The position numbers and the translations under genes are program-made. Positions 63,506 through 64,000 of a DNA stretch of 64,000 bases are shown here, one piece after another; positions within the stretch are counted from its first letter, which is position 1, and each line of letters opens with the position of its first letter. The stretch is taken from positions 1 to 64,000 of the IMG/VR virus record IMGVR_UViG_3300042898_003801. One strand, 5' to 3'. The notes beneath the pieces were generated by a model. It was not told the DNA's origin and did no database searches. It was given only the letters and a program-made list of their open reading frames with translations. Source of the DNA: an uncultured virus (IMG/VR IMGVR_UViG_3300042898_003801). Taxonomy: Duplodnaviria > Heunggongvirae > Uroviricota > Caudoviricetes.

Positions 63506-64000
63506 TGTTAGTACAAGACCTATTTGAAAATCGCACGAATGATGCATACAAGGTATTTCAGCAACTGGCTGTTGCAGTGAATCGTAGTCAAGACATTGAT
63601 TTAAAAATAGGTCGCGAAATGATGCCTATTGCTTATTGGCAAGCCAGACATTTGTTGGGTCAATACAAAAGCATTGTTAAAAATCAAGGTCCAGATGCTG
63701 GCATGACATTTTTGTCTGATTACAACACAATCTCTGCAGCATTGGATGCCATGGATGCTAAACTGGCCAGTTATAAAAATATTGGATCTGTGCCAGGTCA
63801 ACGTGGTGTGGCCGAAAATGAAGAACAAAACCCAGTGGCCGGTGCTATCACTAGAAGGATACTGACACAACGCACAGACTTATTGAGCAAGTATGGCCCT
63901 GTGTTGGTAACACAGGCCATTGATGATGTTGCAGACTTTGTGGGTGATACAGAAGAAATTGGCTCCAGTGACGTCAGCGGTTGGGTTCAGCAAGTTGAAC
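63505..64000 (+). CDS. Late modular protein, N-terminal part (runs off the right edge)
   Basis: My translation: MLVQDLFENR...GVAENEEQNPVAGAITRRI...EEIGSSDVSGWV, open to window end. Confidence 0.7.
   Translation, partial: MLVQDLFENRTNDAYKVFQQLAVAVNRSQDIDLKIGREMMPIAYWQARHLLGQYKSIVKNQGPDAGMTFLSDYNTISAALDAMDAKLASYKNIGSVPGQRGVAENEEQNPVAGAITRRILTQRTDLLSKYGPVLVTQAIDDVADFVGDTEEIGSSDVSGWVQQVE

Noticed and set aside
1..64000. Stop-codon reassignment
   Set aside because: Recognisable genes (apart from the DnaE fragment, which ends in TAA) are full length in the standard code, and TAA, TAG and TGA all end genes at sensible positions
1..64000. tRNA/rRNA genes
   Set aside because: No cloverleaf or T-loop consensus seen by eye in the short intergenic gaps; GTTCGA matches noticed lie within CDS. 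tRNAscan-SE would be definitive

Overview
This window is a gene-dense, almost entirely plus-strand segment of a large (jumbo-type) tailed dsDNA phage genome in the standard genetic code. A Gram-negative, possibly betaproteobacterial, host is inferred from the spanins, ErpA and a Bug/TctC protein. No tRNA, rRNA, CRISPR array or integrase was seen. Layout: (i) 0.5-20 kb: small early genes behind near-consensus sigma70 promoters, plus a ParB/DGQHR-like + GIY-YIG-like + DNA methyltransferase trio. (ii) Host-like auxiliary genes spread through the window: IF-1, SOD, ErpA, GroES, PhoH, DnaJ, ClpA, Dps, Hc1-like. (iii) 24-29.6 kb: fibre/baseplate genes. (iv) Replication-related genes: a DnaE fragment, clamp loader and HAD nucleotidase. 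(v) About 15 dispersed, mostly AT-rich SGNH-like and sulfotransferase-like genes, densest at 37-48 kb around a Bug protein and an APS-kinase/HxGH-nucleotidyltransferase fusion. (vi) A lysis cassette at 48-50.6 kb. (vii) 55-64 kb: late modular proteins, including a 1475-aa protein with nucleotidyltransferase, HExxH, amidoligase and RelE/YafQ-like modules separated by hydrophobic-x-E linkers. The strongest candidates for new biology are a phage-encoded sulfation/acylation system, protease-processed virion effector polyproteins, and late promoters (TAAATA) that sit inside hairpins and often appear to give leaderless mRNAs. All family calls come from motif recognition by eye; no database search was run.
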